Source: Sphingobacteriia bacterium (GTDB taxonomy: Bacteria; Bacteroidota; Bacteroidia; Chitinophagales; Chitinophagaceae). Taken from it: DNA of 64,000 nt. The DNA is taken from the NCBI GenBank assembly GCA_947452295.1, contig CANGCK010000013.1, forward strand, positions 872-64,871, in the 5' to 3' direction. Positions 18,786 to 27,324 of this stretch are shown here, in pieces (the stretch's first letter is position 1; every line of letters starts with the position of its first letter). The notes under the pieces are model-generated. The model had not been told where the DNA came from, made no database searches, and saw only the letters and a list, made by a program, of their open reading frames with translations. The position numbers and the translations under genes were made by a program.

Positions 18786-21161
18786 CTAGTTTCTGATTGG
18801 TCTGCCACTTTTTAAAACGCTTTGAATTCTTTCAAGTGATTTTTTCTCGCCGCATAAACTTAAAAATGCTTCTCTTTCTAAGTCTAATAAGTACTGTTCG
18901 CTAACCAAAGATTGCTCACTTAAATCCCCCCCACACATTACGTATGCTAATTTTCTGGCCACCAATGCATCATGATCTGTTGCGTATCCACCACGCCACA
19001 TGCCATTAATGCCAGCAAGCATTGCGCCCAATGCTCCTCTGCCAAGAACTTTTACGTCTTTTCTTTTTTCAGGCATTGTATAACCTTGATCGGATAATTC
19101 TATGACCGATTTCTTTGCTTCTGTGATCCTTCTGCCAATGTTAAGTACCACTTCATCATGTCCAGGACGTAGGATGCCCAGTTCAAATGCTTCTTGCGCC
19201 GAAGTGGCTACTTTCGCAGTAGCAATTGAGAAAAATCTTTTCTTAAGTGTATTTGTTTCGGGCTCATCTTCATGTAATTCATCTGACGCCCTTAAAGCAA
19301 ATTCTTTGGTGCCCCCTCCGCCAGGTATTAGACCCACACCTAGTTCTACTAAACCAATATATGTTTCTGCAGCTGCGCATATTTTATCGGCATGTAAATT
19401 CATTTCGCACCCGCCTCCTAATGTTAAACCATGCGGTGCAGTAACTACAGGGATAGATGAATAACGTAAACGCATCATACTGTTTTGAAACATTCTAATC
19501 GCCATGTCTAATTCATCATATTCTTGTTCTATGGCCAACATGAAAATCATACCTACATTGGCTCCTGCGCTAAAATTAGCGCCTTCATTTGCAATGACTA
19601 ATCCTTTGAATTGCTCTTCCGCAATTTGAATTGATTTGTTTAAACCTTCAAGTACTTCACCTCCAATGCTGTTCATTTTTGTACTCCATTCAAATCCGGC
19701 AACTCCATCGCCAATATCGTACATTTTGCAAGCACTATTTTTCCATATTATTTGATCGGTATGATTTTTAAGGATTAAAAACGATTCACTACCGGGTATT
19801 GTTTTATAAGTTTTACTGGAAAGGTCATAATACATTTTCCTTCCATTTTCGATTTTGTAGAAAGTTTCTGCTCCAGAAGCAAGCATTTCTGTAATCCAAT
19901 CCGCAACTGAAATTCCAGCTGATTTCATTGATTCAACTGTTTTGGCTACACCTAGGGTGTCCCAACTTTCAAATGCGCCTATTTCCCAACCAAATCCGGC
20001 CATCATAGCATCATCTAATCGATAAATCTCGTCACTAATTTCAGGTATTCTAAAAGATATATACGAAAATAGCATGTGATGAAATGCTCGGTAAAATTCA
20101 CCCGCTTTATCGGGTGATGCGGATAACATTTTAATGCGTTGTTTCAGATCTTCTATAGGCTTAGCTGCTTCAACACTTGCAAATTTGGGCTTAACTCTTG
20201 CACCATATTCCATTGTGGTCAGGTTAAGGGTAAGGATTTCTTTGCTTGTAGCGGTTTTTGTTTTCTTGAAAAATCCTTGACCAGTTTTGTCGCCCAACCA
20301 ATTATTGGCAATTAAATTGTTTAACCAACTTGGGATTGTGAAAATATTTTTTGCTTCATCATTTGTACAATTTTCTGCAACGCCATTGGCTACTTTTACT
20401 AAAGTGTCGATTCCAACTAAATCGGCAGTTCTAAATGTTGCAGATTTTGGTCGTCCGATTATAGGGCCTGTTAATGCATCAATTTCATCAATACTTAGTT
20501 GTTGCTGATCCATTATGTGGAAGATGCTCATGATGCTGAATACGCCTATTCTATTAGCAATAAATGCGGGTGTATCTTTACATAATACGGTAGTTTTTCC
20601 AAGATATAAATCGCCATAGTGCATTAAAAAATCTACTACATCTGCATCGGTATGTGGCGTTGGGATGATTTCTAATAAACGTAAATAGCGAGGTGGATTA
20701 AAAAAATGTGTTCCACAAAAATTTCTTCTAAAGTCTTCAGTTCTACCTTCCGCCATTAAGTGAATGGGTATGCCAGAAGTATTAGAGGTTACTAGTGTAC
20801 CTGGCTTTCTGAATTTCTCTACTTGTTCGTAAATTATTTTTTTAATATCTAATCTTTCAATTACCACTTCTATAATCCAATCACAGTTGGCTATTTCAGC
20901 CATATTGTCTTCAAAATTGCCTGTCTTGATTTTATTAACCACCGATTTGGTAAAAACAGGAGAGGGGTTGCTTTTAATAGCAGCTTGTAATGCATCATTT
21001 ACTAATTTGTTTCTTTCTGCAGGTTTTGTGCTTTCACTGGCAATTGCGGGAACCATGTCTAATAATAAAACCGATACACCAATTCCAGCAAAATGACACG
21101 CAATTCTAGAACCCATAACACCACTTCCTAAAACAGCTACTTTTTTAATAGAACGATTCAT
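18786..21161 (-). CDS. Fused 3-hydroxyacyl-CoA dehydrogenase / enoyl-CoA hydratase (FadB-like, dehydrogenase domain first)
   Basis: N-terminal NAD motif VAVLGSGVMGSRIA. C-terminal crotonase-fold region (GANFSAGANVGM, LTLGGGCEM, GLIPGGGGT). 791 aa. Confidence 0.85.
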   Translation of the reverse strand: MNRSIKKVAVLGSGVMGSRIACHFAGIGVSVLLLDMVPAIASESTKPAERNKLVNDALQAAIKSNPSPVFTKSVVNKIKTGNFEDNMAEIANCDWIIEVVIERLDIKKIIYEQVEKFRKPGTLVTSNTSGIPIHLMAEGRTEDFRRNFCGTHFFNPPRYLRLLEIIPTPHTDADVVDFLMHYGDLYLGKTTVLCKDTPAFIANRIGVFSIMSIFHIMDQQQLSIDEIDALTGPIIGRPKSATFRTADLVGIDTLVKVANGVAENCTNDEAKNIFTIPSWLNNLIANNWLGDKTGQGFFKKTKTATSKEILTLNLTTMEYGARVKPKFASVEAAKPIEDLKQRIKMLSASPDKAGEFYRAFHHMLFSYISFRIPEISDEIYRLDDAMMAGFGWEIGAFESWDTLGVAKTVESMKSAGISVADWITEMLASGAETFYKIENGRKMYYDLSSKTYKTIPGSESFLILKNHTDQIIWKNSACKMYDIGDGVAGFEWSTKMNSIGGEVLEGLNKSIQIAEEQFKGLVIANEGANFSAGANVGMIFMLAIEQEYDELDMAIRMFQNSMMRLRYSSIPVVTAPHGLTLGGGCEMNLHADKICAAAETYIGLVELGVGLIPGGGGTKEFALRASDELHEDEPETNTLKKRFFSIATAKVATSAQEAFELGILRPGHDEVVLNIGRRITEAKKSVIELSDQGYTMPEKRKDVKVLGRGALGAMLAGINGMWRGGYATDHDALVARKLAYVMCGGDLSEQSLVSEQYLLDLEREAFLSLCGEKKSLERIQSVLKSGRPIRN

Positions 21162-21193
21162 GTGTTGATATTTTTATTGTTGATTTTTTGGGT

Positions 21194-21261
21194 CACATGA
21201 AATTGGTTTTGTAAACATTTCATGTGGTATGCAATATTTTTTTTATAGCTCATTTCATGTG
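21194..21261. promoter_or_regulatory. Triplicated 10-mer CACATGAAAT/ATTTCATGTG (candidate operator) upstream of the FadB-like gene
   Basis: cacatgaaat at 21194-21203; its reverse complement atttcatgtg at 21217-21226 and again at 21252-21261. All three lie 33-100 nt upstream of the minus-strand ATG at 21161. Confidence 0.4.
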
Positions 21262-21276
21262 AAAATATAAAGTATA

Positions 21277-21320
21277 TCTTCGATAAAAATAGTTGCATAG
21301 CTAACTATTTTTATCGAAGA
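21277..21320. promoter_or_regulatory. Perfect 18-bp inverted repeat (hairpin or operator)
   Basis: tcttcgataaaaatagtt (21277-21294) / aactatttttatcgaaga (21303-21320) with an 8-nt spacer gcatagct. Confidence 0.5.
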
Positions 21321-21334
21321 TAAGATAATAGCAT

Positions 21335-21367
21335 AAAAAAAATCAAACTTTTTGAGGGTTTGATTTT
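21335..21367 (-). terminator. Rho-independent terminator (minus-strand reading) downstream of the 26-codon ORF
   Basis: Stem atcaaac (21342-21348) / gtttgat (21358-21364). An A8 run on the plus strand at 21335-21342 gives a T8 run after the hairpin on the minus strand. Confidence 0.55.
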
Positions 21368-21395
21368 AAATAAGTTAAATTTTTCGATGTTGAGT

Positions 21396-21476
21396 TTATT
21401 CCTCAGACACCGCTGCACCTTTGTAGGCAAAATAAAGGCATACTAAGTAAACAACTAATAATACATACACTAACAT
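21396..21476 (-). CDS. Candidate 26-aa hydrophobic peptide (MLVYVLLVVYLVCLYFAYKGAAVSEE)
   Basis: Hand-translated ATG..TAA ORF below the track cutoff. It encodes one TM-like helix plus an acidic tail and is followed about 30 nt later by a terminator hairpin with a T8 run. No family was recognised. Confidence 0.25.
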   Translation of the reverse strand: MLVYVLLVVYLVCLYFAYKGAAVSEE

Positions 21477-21694
21477 AATCGGAGGGTGTTTTGACTATTT
21501 AATGAATCACAGAATATCTGCATGTAATTTAACAAAATAGATTTAACATTTTAATAATTATTAAAAAAAAATAAAAAATTATTATTTTTAAATTAAAAAA
21601 TATAATAATATTTACATGCCAATCGCTTTTCTACCGCTGATTTTATTTTTATTGCCTTTTAAACATATACTTCCATACTTGCCGATCTTTCTGT

Positions 21695-21702
21695 TACTTT
21701 TG
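21695..21702 (+). promoter_or_regulatory. Bacteroidota -7 promoter box (TAnnTTTG) for gatC
   Basis: tacttttg matches the TAnnTTTG consensus and ends 8 nt before the gatC ATG. Confidence 0.4.
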
Positions 21703-21709
21703 TATTGTT

Positions 21710-22000
21710 ATGGAAATTACTACTAAAATGATTGATAATTTGGCTCACTTGTCTCGTTTAGAGATAGAGCCAGAAAAAAAAGAATCATTCCGAAATGATT
21801 TAGAAAGAATGGTAGGTTTTATCGAAAAATTGCAGGAAGTAAACACAAAAGGAATTGCTCCCCTTCTTTTTATGGGAGATGCAAAAAATGTTTGGCGTGA
21901 AGATGAATTGCAAGGTTCAATCGACAGAGAAATTGCATTACAAAATGCTCCATTAACGGACGGTAATTATTTTAAAGTTCCTACAGTAATTAAAAAATGA
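21710..22000 (+). CDS. gatC: Asp/Glu-tRNA(Asn/Gln) amidotransferase subunit C
   Basis: 96 aa with the GatC-like pattern [42 protein letters not shown]. Confidence 0.88.
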   Translation: MEITTKMIDNLAHLSRLEIEPEKKESFRNDLERMVGFIEKLQEVNTKGIAPLLFMGDAKNVWREDELQGSIDREIALQNAPLTDGNYFKVPTVIKK

Positions 22001-22725
22001 ATCTCTTGAATATGGCTAACACAGAATCTATTATTCATTTAGAAGGTATACAAAAGAGTTATTTTATGGGAACTCAGGCAATTCCTGTATTAAAAGGGAT
22101 TTCTCTCGATATATTTAAAAATGAGTACGTGGCCTTGATGGGGCCTTCGGGAAGTGGCAAAAGTACCTTAATGAATATTTTGGGTTGTCTCGATTCTCCT
22201 ACTGGAGGAAAGTATATTCTTAATGGGAAAGATGTGAGTAAAATGCACGATAATGATTTAGCTGAAGTGAGAAACACTGAAATTGGTTTTGTATTTCAAC
22301 AATTTAATTTATTACCTCGTTTAACAGCTGCTGAAAATGTAGCTCTTCCATTAGTATATGCTGGCATTGCCAAAAAAGAAAGATTGGAGCGAGCCATGGA
22401 AGCATTGAAAAAAGTAGGCTTAGTAGAAAGAAGTCACCACAAATCCAATGAATTAAGTGGCGGTCAAATTCAGCGTGTTGCTATTGCTCGCGCATTGGTA
22501 AACAATCCCTCAATTTTATTGGCGGATGAACCAACTGGAAATCTTGATTCGAAAACTTCTGAAGAAGTGATGCATCTTTTTTCTTTGATACAAGAAGCAG
22601 GTAATACAGTTGTTTTAGTTACACATGAAGAAGACATAGCTGCATATGCACATCGGGTTGTACGATTACGTGATGGTTTGGTTGAAAGTGACAAGTTAAA
22701 TAAAAACATTGTGCATAGTGTATAA
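21997..22725 (+). CDS. ABC transporter ATP-binding protein (MacB/LolD/FtsE-like subfamily)
   Basis: Walker [10 protein letters not shown], signature [15 protein letters not shown], Walker [12 protein letters not shown]; ATGA overlap with the gatC stop. No permease gene is adjacent. Confidence 0.88.
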   Translation: MNLLNMANTESIIHLEGIQKSYFMGTQAIPVLKGISLDIFKNEYVALMGPSGSGKSTLMNILGCLDSPTGGKYILNGKDVSKMHDNDLAEVRNTEIGFVFQQFNLLPRLTAAENVALPLVYAGIAKKERLERAMEALKKVGLVERSHHKSNELSGGQIQRVAIARALVNNPSILLADEPTGNLDSKTSEEVMHLFSLIQEAGNTVVLVTHEEDIAAYAHRVVRLRDGLVESDKLNKNIVHSV

Positions 22726-22784
22726 TTAATTGGAGTGAACTATTCTGTATTTGCTTTGTAATTTAACTACAACGAATAGCAAAC

Positions 22785-23348
22785 ATGTCTAACAAAATTT
22801 ATACTAAAACTGGCGATCTAGGTAAAACTTCTTTAATTGGTGGTACAAAAGTTCCCAAAAGTCATATTAGGATTGATACTTATGGTACTGTGGATGAATT
22901 AAATTCATGGATTGGGTTGCTGTTTGATTTATCTACTGAACAACATACTCAAATTATTTTAAAGGAAATACAGGATCGATTATTTACTGTTGGTTCCTCA
23001 TTAGCATGTGATCCTGAGAAAGAACCAATGATGAAAATTCCAGATCTAAATGAAGCTGATATAACATTATTGGAGCGCGAGATAGATCATATGAATGATG
23101 TGCTGCCTCCCATGAAATTCTTTGTGTTACCCGGTGGGCATCCTGCAGTATCTCAATCTCACATTGCTCGTTGTGTTTGTAGGAGAGCAGAGCGCTGTTG
23201 CGTAAATATGCAAGAACAAGCAATTTTTGTAGATCCTTTGGTCATTAAATACCTCAATCGTTTAAGTGATTATTTGTTTGTATTGTCTCGCTATTTTAGT
23301 CACTTATTGGCAGTGCCAGAAACTCCATGGAAACCAAGAGTATCCTAA
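22785..23348 (+). CDS. ATP:cob(I)alamin adenosyltransferase, PduO type
   Basis: N-terminal KIYTKTGDLGKTSL and the GTVDELNS motif typical of PduO-type adenosyltransferases; 187 aa. Confidence 0.85.
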   Translation: MSNKIYTKTGDLGKTSLIGGTKVPKSHIRIDTYGTVDELNSWIGLLFDLSTEQHTQIILKEIQDRLFTVGSSLACDPEKEPMMKIPDLNEADITLLEREIDHMNDVLPPMKFFVLPGGHPAVSQSHIARCVCRRAERCCVNMQEQAIFVDPLVIKYLNRLSDYLFVLSRYFSHLLAVPETPWKPRVS

Positions 23349-24002
23349 TTAAGATACAATCAATCCATCTTTCATTTGTAAGGTTCTTCCACTAAGAGCA
23401 GCCAATTCTTCGTTATGTGTTACTATTAAAAAGGAAGTATTGGTGCGTTCATTGATGTCTACAAATAGTTGATGTAATTCTCTCGCATTTTTACTGTCTA
23501 AATTGCCGGTTGGTTCATCTGCAAATACTATTAATGGCTCATTAATTAATGCCCTGGCAACGGCAACTCTTTGTTGTTCCCCACCAGATAGCTCTCCAGG
23601 TTTATGGCTCATTCTATTGGCTAATCCCAATGTTTCTAGAAGATAAGCGGCTCTATCCCGAACCAATTTTTTGGACGATTGTGCAATCCAACCCGGGATA
23701 GATACATTTTCTAAAGCATCAAATTCTGGTAATAGATGATGAAACTGAAAAATAAATCCGATGTGTTTATTACGAAATGCAGCCAGTTTTTTGGAAGACA
23801 GCTGTAGCAATGCTTCATTATTCAACTGTATAGACCCTGAATCGGGTAAATCTAACGTGCCCAAAATATGTAATAATGTACTTTTTCCAGCACCAGAAGA
23901 TCCTACTATACTCACCATTTCACCTTGTTGAATGGTGAGGTCTACTCCTTTGAGGACAGACAAATTGCCAAATTTTTTTATTATTTTTTCTGCTTTCAAC
24001 AT
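23349..24002 (-). CDS. ABC transporter ATP-binding protein, LolD-like
   Basis: Walker [36 protein letters not shown]; 217 aa. Confidence 0.85.
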   Translation of the reverse strand: MLKAEKIIKKFGNLSVLKGVDLTIQQGEMVSIVGSSGAGKSTLLHILGTLDLPDSGSIQLNNEALLQLSSKKLAAFRNKHIGFIFQFHHLLPEFDALENVSIPGWIAQSSKKLVRDRAAYLLETLGLANRMSHKPGELSGGEQQRVAVARALINEPLIVFADEPTGNLDSKNARELHQLFVDINERTNTSFLIVTHNEELAALSGRTLQMKDGLIVS

Positions 24003-24118
24003 CTTCTTTTGGGAATTTACCCTACAAACCTACAAAACATGACCCTAAACAGGTGTTTTATGTGGATTACTTTGCATAAAAGTGATTAACTCTCATTTGG
24101 TGGTATCATTTATACGGT

Positions 24119-24126
24119 TACTTTTG
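24119..24126 (+). promoter_or_regulatory. Bacteroidota -7 promoter box (TAnnTTTG)
   Basis: tacttttg lies 18 nt upstream of ATG 24145 and inside the GTG-extended track ORF, which supports the shorter gene model. Confidence 0.4.
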
Positions 24127-24144
24127 CAAAAAATAATCGATACT

Positions 24145-24366
24145 ATGTTTTGGACATTAGAATTAGCAAGTTATTTAGAAGAGGCTCCATGGCCTGCTAC
24201 CAAGGATGAGTTAATCGATTATTCTATCCGAAGTGGCGCCCCTCTGGAAGTAGTTGAAAATCTTCAAGAATTAGATGATGAAGGTGAAGTGTATGAAAGC
24301 ATTGAAGACATTTGGCCTGATTATCCTAGTCAGGAAGATTTTATGTTCAACGAAGATGAGTATTAA
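24145..24366 (+). CDS. DUF2795-like small acidic protein
   Basis: LASYLEEAPWPATKDELIDYSIRSGAPLEVVENLQEL resembles the DUF2795 pattern. Start chosen at ATG 24145 rather than GTG 24082. Confidence 0.65.
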   Translation: MFWTLELASYLEEAPWPATKDELIDYSIRSGAPLEVVENLQELDDEGEVYESIEDIWPDYPSQEDFMFNEDEY

Positions 24367-24374
24367 GAAATAAA

Positions 24375-24409
24375 AAAGTGCGGCTCAATACCGCACTTTA
24401 TATTTTTTA
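24375..24409. terminator. Bidirectional rho-independent terminator between convergent genes
   Basis: 9-bp stem aaagtgcgg / ccgcacttt, loop ctcaata, A run upstream and T-rich run downstream. Confidence 0.7.
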
Positions 24410-24419
24410 AATCAATTAA

Positions 24420-24683
24420 TTATAGTGGCTTTTTAAATGTCAGCTTAAAATAGAAAAGCAACAATGAAAGCACTAACACAATTATATTGGCAACCAATAC
24501 AGGCCCACTGCCTACATTTACAGCATAAATTAGCCATACAATGGTACTGGTAATAACTATCAGAATCATCCAAATACTTAAATCTCCCACACTTTTTGTT
24601 TTCCATGCTTGCAGCACTTGAGGGATGAATGTTATTGCACTTAAAAAAGCACCAAAATAACCAAGTAGATCAATTAAGTTCAT
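24420..24683 (-). CDS. SemiSWEET / PQ-loop 3-TM transporter
   Basis: Three TM segments, with the PQ motif in TM1 (ITFIPQVLQAWKTKS). About 87 aa from ATG 24683; the track ORF start at 24707 would overlap fabI. Confidence 0.7.
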   Translation of the reverse strand: MNLIDLLGYFGAFLSAITFIPQVLQAWKTKSVGDLSIWMILIVITSTIVWLIYAVNVGSGPVLVANIIVLVLSLLLFYFKLTFKKPL

Positions 24684-24693
24684 GTGTTTGTTT

Positions 24694-25515
24694 TTATTGA
24701 TTTGCAATGCCTAATTTCTCCATCACATCCATACTAACCCCTGTGGATGAATATCCGCCATCATGAAATAAATTTTGCATGGTTACCATTCGGGTGAGGT
24801 CTGAAAATAAAGTAATACAGTAGTTGGCACAATCTTCTGCACTTGCATTTCCTAGTGGGGCAACAGAATTGGCAAAATCATAGAAATCGCCAAATCCTTT
24901 AATACCACTGCCTGCAGTAGTTTTGGTAGGCGATTGCGATACAGTGTTAATGCGTACTTTTTTCTCCAATCCATAGTGATAGCCAAAGCTACGACCGATA
25001 GATTCAAGCATGGCTTTAATATCGGCCATATCAGTATAAAATGGAAAAGTTCTTTGAGCTGCCATATAGGTAAGTGCAACAACACTGCCCCATTCATTAA
25101 TAGCATCTAACTTTTTTGCAACTGCCAACATTTTATGAAAAGACATAGCTGAAACATCAATTCCTTTCATAAAATAATCGTAATTAGATTCGGTATAGGG
25201 AATCTTTTTACGGATATTCACACTCATACCTATTGAATGTAAAACAAAATCAAGCTTTCCGCCAAGTACTTCCTGAGATTGAGTGAAAAGATGGGTTATT
25301 TCATCAATATTGGTAGCATCTGCAGGTATTATGGTAGCACCTGTTTTTTCTGCCAGTTTGTTGATTTCTCCCATTCGCATTGCAATAGGAGCATTGGTTA
25401 AAACAAAAGTAGCTCCTTCTTCGTGTGCTTTTTCGGCAACTTTCCATGCAATAGAATTTTCATCTAATGCACCGGTAATAATACCTCGTTTACCTTTTAA
25501 TAAATTATATGCCAT
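24694..25515 (-). CDS. fabI: Enoyl-[acyl-carrier-protein] reductase (NADH) FabI
   Basis: N-terminal GKRGIITGALDENSIAW, catalytic Y-x6-K (YTDMADIK), 273 aa. Confidence 0.88.
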   Translation of the reverse strand: MAYNLLKGKRGIITGALDENSIAWKVAEKAHEEGATFVLTNAPIAMRMGEINKLAEKTGATIIPADATNIDEITHLFTQSQEVLGGKLDFVLHSIGMSVNIRKKIPYTESNYDYFMKGIDVSAMSFHKMLAVAKKLDAINEWGSVVALTYMAAQRTFPFYTDMADIKAMLESIGRSFGYHYGLEKKVRINTVSQSPTKTTAGSGIKGFGDFYDFANSVAPLGNASAEDCANYCITLFSDLTRMVTMQNLFHDGGYSSTGVSMDVMEKLGIANQ

Positions 25516-25565
25516 ATGCTAATTTTATTCGGCTAAAATAACGCTAATCTACTAACAACCCATAC

Positions 25566-27221
25566 TTAATTATAGACCATTTCTCTGGCATTGTCTAATG
25601 CAGCTGCAGTAGGTTGTTCGCCACTTAACATTTGAGCGATTGAATGAATTCGCTCTTCATCGGTTAACCGACGTATAGTCGTTTGAATTTTTTCTCCTTT
25701 TTTATCTTTATACACATAGTAATGGGCATTGGCTTTGCCTGCTATTTGAGGTTGATGGGTAATACAAATTATCTGTCTTTTTGCCGACATATTCTTCATG
25801 ATGAGCCCAACTTGCTTTGCTGCTTCCCCAGATATACCTGTATCAATTTCATCAAAAATTAATGTTGCTAAATCAATAGATTCGGCTACCAGCGACTTAA
25901 TACAGAGCATTAAGCGACTCAATTCGCCACCACTGGCTACTTTTCTTATTGGCTCAAAACGATTATTGTTATTCGCATCAAACAATAATTCAACTTGCTC
26001 TACCCCATATTCATAAAGTGAATAAGGTTGTAATCTTACCTGGATAAGTGCATTGGGCATACCAACCTGCTTTAATAGTACATTTACATCTCTTTCAAAA
26101 GGTGCAATTGTTCTTGCCCTTTCTCTACTAATTAGGGCAGCTTCTCTTTCTAATTGAGCTTGTCTTTGAGAAATATCTTTTTCTAATAATTGTATAGCAT
26201 CATCAATTTGCAATACATTTTGTAAGCTATCAGAAAGACTGTCTTTCAGTTGAATTAGTTCTGCTGTAGTCTTAACATTGTGTTTTTTAAGTAGTTTGTA
26301 TCCATCGCTTAAACGTTGATTAATCCACTCTATTCGTTTTTCATCAAAGAAAATATTTCCGTTGATTCTGTCTAATTCATCTGCTACATCCTTTAACTCA
26401 ACTTGTGCAGCTTTCATCCTTTCAATAAGTTCAGGAAGTTCGGTGTTTAAGGCCGCAAATGCGCTAAGCTGGTTGATAAGTTGCTTTATTTGTACTACAA
26501 TTGGTTGTTCCTCTTCATTTAATGCTACGTAAACCCTTTGTATGCCAGCTTTTATGTCTTCAGAATTGTTTAATACTTTTAATTCTTCGTCTAAATTTTC
26601 TAGTTCATTTTCTTTTAAATCGAGTTCTTCTAATTCATTAAATAAATACTGGTTGTAATCGAACTCCTTTAAAAAAGCAGCTTTTTCATCTCTTAAAGAT
26701 TGTAATTCTCTTTGCTTGTTTTGCCAAACAAAAAATTCTTTTCTATACAGTTGAATGGCTGAATCGTTACCAGCTAGGGCATCAATTACCTCCCGCTGAA
26801 AATCACTATCGCCCAATTCAAGCGTATCGAACTGTTGGTGAAGATCTACCAAATAACTGGCTAATTTTTTTAATTGTTGAAGGGTGGTAGGTGTATCATT
26901 AATAAAAGCCCTCGATTTACCATTGGTGCCTATTTCTCTTCTTAATATTAATTCATCTTCTGTGTCTAAATCCCATTCTTTTAATAAAGCTATTACCTCT
27001 TTTTTATTGTCTACAGAGAAATAGCCTTCGATAAAACATTTTTTCTCTGTATTTACCAAAACAGAAGTATCGGCACGGTCTCCTAAAATAAGACCTAGTG
27101 CACCCATTAAGATACTTTTTCCAGCACCAGTTTCACCGGTGATAATGTTCATCCTATCAGAGAAATCAATGGTAATTTCATCTATGATAGCGTAATTCTG
27201 AATAATTAATTTCCGAAGCAA
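25566..27221 (-). CDS. recN: DNA repair protein RecN
   Basis: SMC-like protein with Walker A GETGAGKS, a long coiled-coil centre, and C-terminal signature ASGGELSRLMLCIK plus LIFDEIDTGISG. Confidence 0.92.
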   Translation of the reverse strand: MLRKLIIQNYAIIDEITIDFSDRMNIITGETGAGKSILMGALGLILGDRADTSVLVNTEKKCFIEGYFSVDNKKEVIALLKEWDLDTEDELILRREIGTNGKSRAFINDTPTTLQQLKKLASYLVDLHQQFDTLELGDSDFQREVIDALAGNDSAIQLYRKEFFVWQNKQRELQSLRDEKAAFLKEFDYNQYLFNELEELDLKENELENLDEELKVLNNSEDIKAGIQRVYVALNEEEQPIVVQIKQLINQLSAFAALNTELPELIERMKAAQVELKDVADELDRINGNIFFDEKRIEWINQRLSDGYKLLKKHNVKTTAELIQLKDSLSDSLQNVLQIDDAIQLLEKDISQRQAQLEREAALISRERARTIAPFERDVNVLLKQVGMPNALIQVRLQPYSLYEYGVEQVELLFDANNNNRFEPIRKVASGGELSRLMLCIKSLVAESIDLATLIFDEIDTGISGEAAKQVGLIMKNMSAKRQIICITHQPQIAGKANAHYYVYKDKKGEKIQTTIRRLTDEERIHSIAQMLSGEQPTAAALDNAREMVYN

Positions 27222-27324
27222 GTTTTCCGGTTTATGGTTTTATGATACAATTAAAACAGCAAGATAACGAAGCTTGTTTAAAACTTTAGCAGACAATATT
27301 CTAATTTTTTTATTTGAACGACTA

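Noticed and set aside
21481-21534. GGAGG-like element followed by a 12-codon plus-strand ORF (MNHRISACNLTK).
   Set aside because: It is too short, has no terminator or conservation cue, and SD-led initiation is not typical of this lineage. The GGAGG is more simply the complement of sequence upstream of the minus-strand mini-ORF.
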